Origin: Gammaproteobacteria bacterium
Lineage (GTDB): Bacteria > Pseudomonadota > Gammaproteobacteria > Tethybacterales > Persebacteraceae
DNA: 64,000 bases
NCBI GenBank assembly: GCA_965221835.1
Contig: OZ244916.1
Location: forward strand, 528,750-592,749
Direction of reading: 5' to 3'
The notes under the pieces are model-generated. The model saw only the letters and a program-made list of their open reading frames with translations. It did not search any database and had not been told where the DNA came from. Below, one piece after another: positions 24,559-32,794 of this stretch. The translations under genes and the position numbers were made by a program. The number at the start of each line of letters is the position of its first letter. Positions within the stretch are counted from its first letter, which is position 1.

Positions 24559-25725
24559 TCAAACGGACGCAAGTTCGCGTTCCACCAGACGCGTCCAATA
24601 GGCGGCGCCAACGGGTAGAATGTCATCGTTAAAATCAAACCGGGGATTATGCAATGCGGGGCTGTCTTTGCCGTTGCCGATGAACATAAAACAGCCGGGT
24701 TTTTCTTTGAGCATCCGTCCGAAATCTTCCGAAAACATCATGCGCGGGCAGTCGCCGTCAACGCGGCTTTCACCGGCGATTTCGCGGGCGGCGGCAATTC
24801 CGGCGCGCGTTTCGGCGGCGGTGTTTGCAGTTATGCCGAAGCAATGTTGATACGAAAAATCGGCGACCGTCGCGCGGTGCGCATCGCAAACGCCGTCCGC
24901 GATTCGTTTAATTGCGTTGCGAATTTCGCCGCGAGTCGCATCGGAATAGGCGCGCGCGTCTCCGCGCAATATCACGCGTCCGGGGATGACATTTTGCGCG
25001 CCGTCCGTTTGGAATTCGGTTACCGAAACTACTCCGCCGAGGGAGGGATTAATCACCCGCGACACCACGGTTTGCAGCGCGCCCACAATTTCGGCGCCGG
25101 CAACTAATGCGTCCGCGCACAAATGCGGCAACGCCGCATGTCCGCCGCGACCTTTGACGGTAATTTGAAAATGATCTTCGCATGCCATCACCGGTCCGGT
25201 GCGAGTGGCAAAATGTCCGGCGGGCAGGGAGGGCAAATTGTGCATCCCGAATATCCGCTGCATTGGAAATTTCCGCAATAATCCGTCGTTCAGCATGGCT
25301 TCCGCGCCCAACCCGTTTTCTTCATCGGGTTGAAAAATAAAAACCGCAGAGCCGTCAAATTTTCCGTCCGCCGCCAATTGCCGCGCCGCGCCCAGCAACA
25401 TCGCCGCGTGACCATCGTGTCCGCAGGCATGCATTTTGCCTTCATAAACGGAGCGATGGCGAAACCGGGATTCTTCGGCAATCGGCAGCGCGTCCAACTC
25501 CGCGCGCAAACCGATGGCGCGCTTTTTTGTGCCGCGGCGCAAAACGCCGACAACGCCGACATCGGCAACGCGGCGGGGATTCGCGCCGCATTCGCGCAAA
25601 ACATTTTCCACTATCGCGGCGGTTCGTTCCACCGCGAATCCCGTTTCCGGATGGCGATGAAAATCCCGCCGCCAGACGGTCATTTGCCGCCGCAACTGCG
25701 CGGCGATTCGCGGAGGCGAAACCAT
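24559..25725 (-). CDS. M20-family amidohydrolase (hippurate hydrolase / N-acyl-amino-acid amidohydrolase-like)
   Basis: Trimmed to MVSPPRIAAQL...WRRDFHRHPETGF. Contains MHACGHDGH, IFQPDEE and HNPRFDFND. Confidence 0.85.
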   Translation of the reverse strand: MVSPPRIAAQLRRQMTVWRRDFHRHPETGFAVERTAAIVENVLRECGANPRRVADVGVVGVLRRGTKKRAIGLRAELDALPIAEESRFRHRSVYEGKMHACGHDGHAAMLLGAARQLAADGKFDGSAVFIFQPDEENGLGAEAMLNDGLLRKFPMQRIFGMHNLPSLPAGHFATRTGPVMACEDHFQITVKGRGGHAALPHLCADALVAGAEIVGALQTVVSRVINPSLGGVVSVTEFQTDGAQNVIPGRVILRGDARAYSDATRGEIRNAIKRIADGVCDAHRATVADFSYQHCFGITANTAAETRAGIAAAREIAGESRVDGDCPRMMFSEDFGRMLKEKPGCFMFIGNGKDSPALHNPRFDFNDDILPVGAAYWTRLVERELASV

Positions 25726-25736
25726 TCGTTTTTGAA

Positions 25737-26762
25737 TCAACGCATCGGCGGCGCGTACAAAATGCCTCCCCGCGACCACAGCGCATTCGGACTGCCCGCG
25801 CGCGGAATGCCGATGGGCGTATTTTCGCCCACATTGGCTTCGTAAATTTCCCCGTAGTTGCCGACTTGCCGAATGACCTGATAAAAACAATCATCCGCCA
25901 ATTTATCGCTCAGAAATTCGCATAAGCCGCTTTCCACCCCCAACAAACGCCGTATTTGCGGATTGTCGGATTTTTTCATTTCCGCCGCGTTTTGCGAAGA
26001 CACGCCCAATTCTTCGGCGTTAAGCATCCCGTAAATTGTCCACCGCACGATATTCGCCCACACATCGTCGCCCTGCCGCACCACCGGCCCCAAAGGCTCT
26101 TTGGAAATGGTTTCGGGCAAAATCACCGCCGCCGACTGATCGCGCAACTCGCTGCGAATTGCCGCCAGTTGCGATTTGTCGGAAGTCAAAACATCGCAGG
26201 ATTCTTTCTCAAATGCTTCGCGGGTTTGCGCCGTATTGCCGTACGATTTGGGGGTAAAGGTCATGCCGTTGGTGCGAAAATAATCGGCGAGATTGCCTTC
26301 CGAAGTCGTTCCCGCCAAAACGCAGACGCGCGCGCCGTCCAGATCTTTGGCGCTGTCCGCCCCCAGCGATTTGCGGACCAAAAATCCCTGCCCGTCAATG
26401 AAGTTGTAATAGGTGAAATTCATTCCCAGCGAACCGTCGCGGTTGAGCGTGTGCGTCGTCGCAAACGGCAAAACATCCACTTCGCCCGCCACCAGCGCGG
26501 TGAGCCCCGATTTGAAGTCCATCGCGACAAATCGCGCCTTTTCGGCATCGCCAAACACCATCGCGGCGATCGCGCGGCAAGTATCGCTGTCCAAACCCGA
26601 ATATCTGCCGTCATCGCCGACCGCGGAAAAACCGGCGATAGTTCCCAGCGCGCCGCATTTTACTTCGCCGCGCGCCAGCACTTCTTCCAGCAAACCCGCC
26701 TGGGCGGCGTTCGCCGACATCGCTATTGCCGCCATCGCAATTCCCGTAATCGCTTTTTTCAT
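25737..26762 (-). CDS. amino-acid ABC transporter substrate-binding protein (AapJ/BztA-like)
   Basis: 341 aa. Signal peptide MKKAITGIAMAAIAMSANAAQA. Contains KCGALGTIAGFS..DDGRYSGLDSDTCRAIAAMVFGDAEK and a C-terminal LWSRGGILYAPPMR. Confidence 0.85.
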   Translation of the reverse strand: MKKAITGIAMAAIAMSANAAQAGLLEEVLARGEVKCGALGTIAGFSAVGDDGRYSGLDSDTCRAIAAMVFGDAEKARFVAMDFKSGLTALVAGEVDVLPFATTHTLNRDGSLGMNFTYYNFIDGQGFLVRKSLGADSAKDLDGARVCVLAGTTSEGNLADYFRTNGMTFTPKSYGNTAQTREAFEKESCDVLTSDKSQLAAIRSELRDQSAAVILPETISKEPLGPVVRQGDDVWANIVRWTIYGMLNAEELGVSSQNAAEMKKSDNPQIRRLLGVESGLCEFLSDKLADDCFYQVIRQVGNYGEIYEANVGENTPIGIPRAGSPNALWSRGGILYAPPMR

Positions 26763-26930
26763 CGTTCATTACTCCTTGTTGCGCCAACAAAATGATGGCG
26801 TTTTTAGAGTTTAATGCAATTTACAGAAAAAGTTGAGAAATTTGCGAAAAATTTTGCCGCATTGTTGCTTTTCGTAATTCTCCGATTCACCTCCGATTCC
26901 ATTCTCGCGTTCGCAAGAATGAAAGAAAAA

Positions 26931-26963
26931 CCGGCGGAGATTCCATTTCCCCGCCGTTTTTTT
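26931..26963 (+). terminator. Rho-independent terminator cassette (copy 1, one stem mismatch)
   Basis: GGCGGAG-ATTCCATTT-CCCCGCC followed by T7. The same hairpin family recurs at 27996, 29584 and 32800. Confidence 0.5.
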
Positions 26964-27009
26964 GCGAGTTTTTTTCGGCAAGCAAAAGTTCGCATTCGCC
27001 GACGGTTTT

Positions 27010-27038
27010 TTGCATTTTCGGGCGGGATATGTTATACT
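27010..27038 (+). promoter_or_regulatory. sigma70-like promoter with conserved spacer box (TTGCAT-N17-TATACT)
   Basis: -35 TTGCAT at 27010-27015, a 17-nt spacer containing TTCGGGCGG, and -10 TATACT at 27033-27038. The box TTCGGGCGG..TATACTTTCGC recurs at 48537-48563 and 62380-62407. Confidence 0.55.
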
Positions 27039-27054
27039 TTCGCCCGAGTTGTTT

Positions 27055-27134
27055 GTGAAGTTCCCCCGATTGCCGGGGGTGCCGTCTGATAGAACACCTG
27101 CGGGGAATGGGCGGCGGTATCTTTACAACTTCAC
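27055..27134 (+). ncRNA. candidate structured RNA motif / 5' leader, copy 2 (class unknown)
   Basis: Closing stem GTGAAGTT/AACTTCAC, inner helix TGCCG/CGGCG, and the same conserved single-stranded blocks as copy 1. Begins 16 nt after the TATACT and ends 68 nt before the lipoprotein ATG at 27203. Confidence 0.45.
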
Positions 27135-27202
27135 GATACAACTCAACGCCCGGCGGTGTCGGGCATCGTGCGGGCGATTTCCCGTTATTAACCTGAAAGG
27201 AA

Positions 27203-27604
27203 ATGAAAATGAAAATTAAAACTATTCTTTTGCCGCTGTTTGCGGTTTTGTTGGCGGGATGCGGCGGTGGTCCCGCACCCGGGCATTTTGTAAAACCGAA
27301 TACATCGGCGGATTATGGACTTTCCTGCGATGCTATACAAGGAGAGATTCATGCGAACGACACACAACTTCGTCAAGCACAAGCGGGAGGGGTAATAAGT
27401 GGCTTTTGCAGTTTCAATAAGGAAGCGTGTTCCCGTGATATTCGGGCTCGCAACAATGTGTTGCAGGGATTGTTGTACCAGAAAGGGTGCGTGAATCCGA
27501 ATGCTGCCGGTGCGGGTGCGAATTCGGGTACGCAACAGCCCGAATCAAAAGAAAAATCGCGAGTGATTATCTGCAACGATGACCAAACATGCGTTGTTGA
27601 ATAA
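27203..27604 (+). CDS. small lipoprotein, paralog A
   Basis: MKMKIKTILLPLFAVLLAGC has the lipobox LLAGC. Conserved C-terminus SKEKSRVIICNDDQTCVVE. The start may be ATG 27209. Confidence 0.7.
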   Translation: MKMKIKTILLPLFAVLLAGCGGGPAPGHFVKPNTSADYGLSCDAIQGEIHANDTQLRQAQAGGVISGFCSFNKEACSRDIRARNNVLQGLLYQKGCVNPNAAGAGANSGTQQPESKEKSRVIICNDDQTCVVE

Positions 27605-27614
27605 TGGGAAAATA

Positions 27615-27980
27615 ATGAAAAAAGCGATATTAATTTTCTTATGCCCGGGATTGTTTGGATGTGCGGGTGCTTTTGTTGAGGCACGCCAGAATTCTGACTA
27701 CGCGCTCACTTGTGATTTGATTGATTACGAGATTATTGAAAACGAATCTGAGATTCTTCGGGGATACGATATTCCCGGAGTTCTCGGCACGGGCAACAAT
27801 ACTTGGATATTAATGCAAAGACGGGATCTTCAAGCAAGATTGAATGTTCTGCATCAACTTCGTAGCGAAAAGAAATGTGGACAAAATACGAACAAACCTG
27901 CGGCATCTAATAATCCCGATTCTAAAGAAAAATCACGCATTATTATTTGCAAAGACGACCAAACCTGCATTATTGAGTAG
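27615..27980 (+). CDS. small lipoprotein, paralog B
   Basis: Trimmed to MKKAILIFLCPGLFGC (lipobox-like). Shares SDYALTCD.I..EI and the C-terminus SKEKSRIIICKDDQTCIIE with paralog A. Confidence 0.65.
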   Translation: MKKAILIFLCPGLFGCAGAFVEARQNSDYALTCDLIDYEIIENESEILRGYDIPGVLGTGNNTWILMQRRDLQARLNVLHQLRSEKKCGQNTNKPAASNNPDSKEKSRIIICKDDQTCIIE

Positions 27981-27995
27981 ACAGAAAACAAAAAA

Positions 27996-28029
27996 CCGGC
28001 GGGGGATTCCGTGTCCCCGCCGTTTTTTT
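27996..28029 (+). terminator. Rho-independent terminator cassette (copy 2)
   Basis: GGCGGGG-GATTCCGTGT-CCCCGCC (7-bp stem) plus T7. Confidence 0.7.
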
Positions 28030-28228
28030 GCGGGGTTTTTCGGCGGCGAAAATGCGTAAATTTATGAATTCCCGTGTTTGCGGCAAATTACAGAACTGTT
28101 ATTGCAAATTACAGAACTGTAAAATGGAATGCTAATGTAAAAACTTTCGCAATTCGGGCGGAAGTTTGTATTCCCCGCCGTTTTTTCGTATAATCTTATT
28201 TTTTACAAAACCGAAAGGGAAAATCATT

Positions 28229-29578
28229 ATGAAAATCAAGACCGTTCTTTTGCCGCTTTTCGCCGCCGTTTTGTTTGCGATTTCGCCGCCCGCTTTTGCT
28301 GGAGAAATTCCATTACTACTCCCTTGTGATGATATAGATAGAAAACACAATAAAAAGCATTATTCAAGAAAAGGAGACAACTCCTCCCACGGCGTGCTTA
28401 TTAGCATGGCTAAATGCTCTGACTCAGAAAATGAAAGAAGGCGGCTTTTGCAAATTGTTTCGGATAGAGGCATTCCTGCAGGAAAATATCTTTTGGCTTG
28501 GCTTGAGTATTCAGAAAATTGGGATGTAGAAGAAACAACAGATTTAGAAAATCTGAAAAAATCTTATGATTTATTTATGGAAACTTTGGAAAGTATTCAA
28601 GATCAGCCCGACTACCCTTATGTAAGTGAAATTGGTGATAAAGAAGTATATAATGACAGTTACTATGAGATGCGATTTGGAATCTTACCCCATTCTTGTA
28701 TTTCTAAAAGTTATGCACTATACGAAATGCAACTTCAAGTACCAATTGAAACTATCAATCAAATCAATAGATACGAAGATCTTCAAAAACAAATTTGCGG
28801 TAGTTTGGATGAAAACAATCAACCATTAGAAACTGCTATCAGTTATAGAAATAAAATTAAAGAACGTGTATTAGAAAAAAGAGGACATAGAATCAGCGGC
28901 TTTGATGAAAGATATGAAAGAAATTTCAATAAATTAGATAATGAAGAACTTGTAAAATTTTTTAGAGATTTGTTATCTTTTGCATTAAATCCAACAGATA
29001 ATACTGATACACAATCAAAATCGGAATATGCGGCGGCGGCGTTTGCGGCGATGTCGGAAAATGAACAGGCGGAGTTTTGTATTTCAATTCGCAGTCCGCA
29101 AAGACCGTGTTTTTGTACAACTGGAATTGTCTGCACGGAAAATTATTGCATAGATAGACCGAATTGCATTGAACCCGAAGATGTGGATTATGGGCATTTG
29201 CTAAACGATTATACGCCGTCCGAAAAATCGGCGGAAGAATCAGCGGCGGAAGAACCGGCGAACGAATCGGCGACAGATGAATCGGTTGCGGACGAATCGG
29301 TGAACGAATCGGCGGCGGAAGAATCACCGGCGGAAGAACCGGCGGAAGAAATAGCGGAAGAACCGGCGGAACCGGAAACAAAAACCGTATGCCGTTCTTT
29401 TGCAAACGGCATAAATCCCGACAATACGGAATGGGGAAGAATTGGTGCAAGCGAAGCGGGAGTAGGCGAAACGGAATATGCGGCTATCCGTGCGGCAATA
29501 AGAATATGCGAAAATGACGGCTTAACAGAATGTCAAACCGATTTGGAAGTCAAATGCGAGGAAGTTGCGGTACAATAA
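28229..29578 (+). CDS. secreted hypothetical protein: AT-rich unique N-terminal part plus shared acidic/Cys-rich C-terminal module
   Basis: Trimmed to MKIKTVLLPLFAAVLFAISPPAFA. The N-terminal ~270 aa have no homolog I recognise (18/60 G+C at 28321-28380). The C-terminal ~175 aa are near-identical to the C-terminus of 31610-32794. Confidence 0.7.
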   Translation: MKIKTVLLPLFAAVLFAISPPAFAGEIPLLLPCDDIDRKHNKKHYSRKGDNSSHGVLISMAKCSDSENERRRLLQIVSDRGIPAGKYLLAWLEYSENWDVEETTDLENLKKSYDLFMETLESIQDQPDYPYVSEIGDKEVYNDSYYEMRFGILPHSCISKSYALYEMQLQVPIETINQINRYEDLQKQICGSLDENNQPLETAISYRNKIKERVLEKRGHRISGFDERYERNFNKLDNEELVKFFRDLLSFALNPTDNTDTQSKSEYAAAAFAAMSENEQAEFCISIRSPQRPCFCTTGIVCTENYCIDRPNCIEPEDVDYGHLLNDYTPSEKSAEESAAEEPANESATDESVADESVNESAAEESPAEEPAEEIAEEPAEPETKTVCRSFANGINPDNTEWGRIGASEAGVGETEYAAIRAAIRICENDGLTECQTDLEVKCEEVAVQ

Positions 29579-29617
29579 CAAAACCGGCAGGGATTCCATT
29601 TCCCCGCCGTTTTTTTA
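29046..29617 (+). repeat. ~570-bp dispersed repeat, copy 1 (3' coding module plus terminator)
   Basis: Near-identical to 32262-32832 at the nucleotide level, with small indels in the GAAGAA/CCGGCG acidic tract. Confidence 0.85.
29584..29616 (+). terminator. Rho-independent terminator cassette (copy 3)
   Basis: GGCAGGG-ATTCCATTT-CCCCGCC (one mismatch) plus T7. Confidence 0.6.
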
Positions 29618-29640
29618 CAAAACCAAAAGGAGAAATTATA

Positions 29641-30777
29641 ATGAAAATCAAATCTATTATTTTATCGCTGTTTGCGGTTTTTGCGTTGGCAGTTTCGCCC
29701 GTTTCTTTCGCCGATAAATGCTCGTTATGCGGTCCTGCCTTTAATGGCGACATTGCTGAAATTAATCGTCTGCTTGCTGGCGGGGCGAATGTGGATGCGA
29801 CAAGTGAGACCGGCTGGACGGCTTTGATGTTTGCGACAATACAGGGACATGCCGAAGTTACCGAGATTCTGTTGGCGGCGGGAGCGGATGTGAATATGGC
29901 GGATAATGGCGGTGGGACGGCTTTGTATAATGCGGTAATACGAAGACATGCCGAAGTTGCGAAAATGCTCATAGCGGCGGGTGCAAATCCAAATGCGGTG
30001 GGTAAAGACGGTATAACGAGTTTGATAATGGCGGCAAGAAACGGATATACCGAAGTTGCCGAGATTCTGTTGGCGGCGGGGGCGAATCCGAATGCGGCAG
30101 AAGAGGATGGCGAGACAGTTTTGATAGCGGCGGCAAGAAACGGACATGCCGAAGTTGCGAAAATTCTCATATCGGCGGGGGCAAATGTGAATGTGGCGAG
30201 TAAGTCCGGCTGGACGGCTTTGATAGCAGCGGGATTCGGACATGCCGAAGTTGTTAAGATTCTGTTGTCGGCGGGGGCGAATCCGAATGCGGAGGATAAT
30301 GGCGGCTGGACGGCTTTGATAGTGGCGGCAAGATACGGACATGCCGAAGTTGCGAAAGTTCTAATTGCGGCGGGGGCGAATGTGGATGCGGCGAGTAATG
30401 ACGGCAAGACGGCTTTGTATTTGGCGGAAGATAACGGACATGCCGAAATTATTAATATCTTGGAATGTTATAAGTCCGATTTAACTTCGCTTCCGCCCGA
30501 AGTGTATGCCGACCGAAAACTGGTAGAAGTGGAACGGCAAATCGGCGAGGGCGATTATGCGGCGGCGGCGTTGACGATGGGATTTATCGCTTGTTATAGC
30601 GAAAAAAATGATGTCGCCCTACCGACAGAGTTTCATTTTAAGAATGCGCAGATATTGCAACTTGCCGGCGACAATAAGAGGGCGTTGACGGCGATTACCG
30701 CCTATTTGAAGGAAGCGGGGCGGGAAGGCGAAAACTATTTGGCGGCATTGCAAATGTTGGATGAGTTGGAAAAATGA
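29641..30777 (+). CDS. secreted ankyrin-repeat protein (about 8 repeats) with helical C-terminal region
   Basis: Trimmed to MKIKSIILSLFAVFALAVSPVSFA. Repeated G.TAL..A...GH.EV...LL.AGAN.N units. Confidence 0.9.
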   Translation: MKIKSIILSLFAVFALAVSPVSFADKCSLCGPAFNGDIAEINRLLAGGANVDATSETGWTALMFATIQGHAEVTEILLAAGADVNMADNGGGTALYNAVIRRHAEVAKMLIAAGANPNAVGKDGITSLIMAARNGYTEVAEILLAAGANPNAAEEDGETVLIAAARNGHAEVAKILISAGANVNVASKSGWTALIAAGFGHAEVVKILLSAGANPNAEDNGGWTALIVAARYGHAEVAKVLIAAGANVDAASNDGKTALYLAEDNGHAEIINILECYKSDLTSLPPEVYADRKLVEVERQIGEGDYAAAALTMGFIACYSEKNDVALPTEFHFKNAQILQLAGDNKRALTAITAYLKEAGREGENYLAALQMLDELEK

Positions 30778-31562
30778 TGAACAAAACAGCGTTTATCGTT
30801 TTCATATTATCATCGTTTCTTTTTGCATTTCCTGCATCGGCGGCGGGAAAGGCGAGAAGCAGTTTGCTGTTGCTGATTGATTCGTCCGGCAGTATGGGCA
30901 ATTCTATCAGTAGCACGAATCCGGAAATAAAAATAGAAGCCGCAAAAGCGGCGGCACAGGCGGCAGTTGCACAGGCGACACAAAAGGGATTGGTAGAAGT
31001 GGCGGTTTTGGCATTTGAGGGCGGATGCGAAAATCCCGTGCCGAGATATTTGGATTTTACGACTGACACGGACGATTTGATTGATTTTATTTGGTCTTTG
31101 CAGCCGGGCGGCGGAACGCCGATGGCAGATGCGGTTTTGTTCGCGAACGATTTTATGAAACGCAACAGCGTTCCCGAAGCGGTATCGCAATTAATTGTTT
31201 TGCTTGCGGACGGGCAAAATGGTTGCGGTGATGTAAAAGAGGCGATGCGGACTTTGCAAAATAGCGGGGTTATATTTCGGCATGAAACGGTCGGATTCGG
31301 TATTGAACCGCTTTCGCAGGCGGCGGAAGATTTGCAGCATATCGCCGAAAAAACGGGTGGCATATATCATCATGCGAATAATGCGAATCAATTGGCGAAT
31401 GTCTTTATGGAGTTGGTGAATACGCTGACGGTTTTGGATATTATCGGAAAGACCGGCGGAATTAGTGCAACGATGAATATATCAAATCAGAGAAATACCG
31501 TGCAAATCCAAAATAAAAAAGGGATTACACGGGAATTGCTTGACGGATTGAAGTTGCCGTAA
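30774..31562 (+). CDS. secreted von Willebrand factor type A (vWA) domain protein
   Basis: 262 aa. Signal peptide MMNKTAFIVFILSSFLFAFPASA. MIDAS motif LLLIDSSGSMG, then GGGTPMADA and VLLADGQNGCGD. Its ATG overlaps the ankyrin gene stop (ATGA). Confidence 0.85.
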   Translation: MMNKTAFIVFILSSFLFAFPASAAGKARSSLLLLIDSSGSMGNSISSTNPEIKIEAAKAAAQAAVAQATQKGLVEVAVLAFEGGCENPVPRYLDFTTDTDDLIDFIWSLQPGGGTPMADAVLFANDFMKRNSVPEAVSQLIVLLADGQNGCGDVKEAMRTLQNSGVIFRHETVGFGIEPLSQAAEDLQHIAEKTGGIYHHANNANQLANVFMELVNTLTVLDIIGKTGGISATMNISNQRNTVQIQNKKGITRELLDGLKLP

Positions 31563-31609
31563 ATTTTGTATAATCTCGTTTTTTTTACAAAACCGAAAGG
31601 GGAATTATT

Positions 31610-32794
31610 ATGAAAATCAAATCTATTATTTTGCCGTTGTTTGCGGTTTTTGCGTTGGCAGTTTCGCCCGTTGCGGTTGCCTCTGAATGCCCGTTATGCA
31701 AACCCGCCAAAAACGGCGATATTGCTGAAGTTAAGCGTTTGCTTGACGGCGGGGCGAATCCGAATGCGGTGTCTTATGACGGCTTTTCTACGGCTTTGAT
31801 GTATGCGACATTTTTCGGACATGCCGAAATTGCGAAAATACTGTTGTCGGCGGGGGCGAATCCGAATGCGGCGATTATTAACGGCGAGACGGTTTTGATA
31901 TTGGCGACAATCAAAGGACATGCCGAAATTGCGAAAATGTTGTTTTCGGCGGGGGCTAATCTGGATTTGGCAGACAACAACGGCGTGACGGCTTTGATGA
32001 TTGCGACAGAGAAAGGACATGCTGAATTTGTAAAAGTGTTATTAGAAAGCGGGGCAAATCCGAATGCGGTGGATAATGACGGCTGGACGGCTTTGGAGAT
32101 TGCGGAACATTATGGACATACCGAAGTTATTTCTATTTTGCAGAATTTTCGCCCGTCTATTTCGCCGGAGGATATTGAGTTTGCGCCGTTTGATGAAAAT
32201 AACATAGATTTGCAGGATGAAATTATTAAGGATAAATCAGAATATGCCTTTCGTCAATTTTCGGCGATGTCGGAAAATGAACAGGCGGAGTTTTGTATTT
32301 CAATTCGCAGTCCGCAAAGACCATGTTTTTGTACAACGGGAATTGTCTGCACGAAAAATTATTGCATAGACAGACCGAATTGCGTTGAACCCGAAGATGC
32401 AGATTACAAACATTTGCTAAATGATTATACGCCGTCCGAAAAATCGGCGGAAGAATCAGCGGCGGAAGAACCGACAAACGAATCGGCAGCAGATGAATCG
32501 TCAGCGGAAGAACCGGCGGAAGAACCGGCGGCGGAAGAATCACCGGCAGAAGAACCGGCGGAAGAAATAGCGGAAGAACCGGCGGAACCAGAGACGAAAA
32601 CGGTATGCCGTGCTTTTGCAAACGGCATAAACCCCGACAATACGCAATGGGGAAGAATTGGTGCAAGCGAAGCGGGAGTGGGCGAAACGGAATATGCCGC
32701 TATCCGTGCGGCAATAAGAATATGCGAAAATGACGGCTTAACAGAATGTCAAACCGATTTGGAAGTTGAATGCGAGGAAGTTTTGGTACAATAA
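31610..32794 (+). CDS. secreted ankyrin-repeat protein (about 4-5 repeats) fused to the shared acidic/Cys-rich C-terminal module
   Basis: 394 aa. Signal peptide MKIKSIILPLFAVFALAVSPVAVA. Ankyrin units. The C-terminus from SAMSENEQAEFCISIRSPQRPCFC to ...ECEEVLVQ duplicates that of 28229-29578. Confidence 0.9.
   Translation: MKIKSIILPLFAVFALAVSPVAVASECPLCKPAKNGDIAEVKRLLDGGANPNAVSYDGFSTALMYATFFGHAEIAKILLSAGANPNAAIINGETVLILATIKGHAEIAKMLFSAGANLDLADNNGVTALMIATEKGHAEFVKVLLESGANPNAVDNDGWTALEIAEHYGHTEVISILQNFRPSISPEDIEFAPFDENNIDLQDEIIKDKSEYAFRQFSAMSENEQAEFCISIRSPQRPCFCTTGIVCTKNYCIDRPNCVEPEDADYKHLLNDYTPSEKSAEESAAEEPTNESAADESSAEEPAEEPAAEESPAEEPAEEIAEEPAEPETKTVCRAFANGINPDNTQWGRIGASEAGVGETEYAAIRAAIRICENDGLTECQTDLEVECEEVLVQ

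Noticed and set aside
27070-27120. TPP riboswitch identity for the two-copy RNA motif (GGGGTGCC..CTGA..ACCTG resembles the THI-box)
   Set aside because: The CUGAGA and ACCUGAUCUGGAUAAUGCCAGCG elements are not reproduced, no P4/P5 pairing is possible in CGGGGAATGGGCGG, and the neighbouring genes are unrelated to thiamine.
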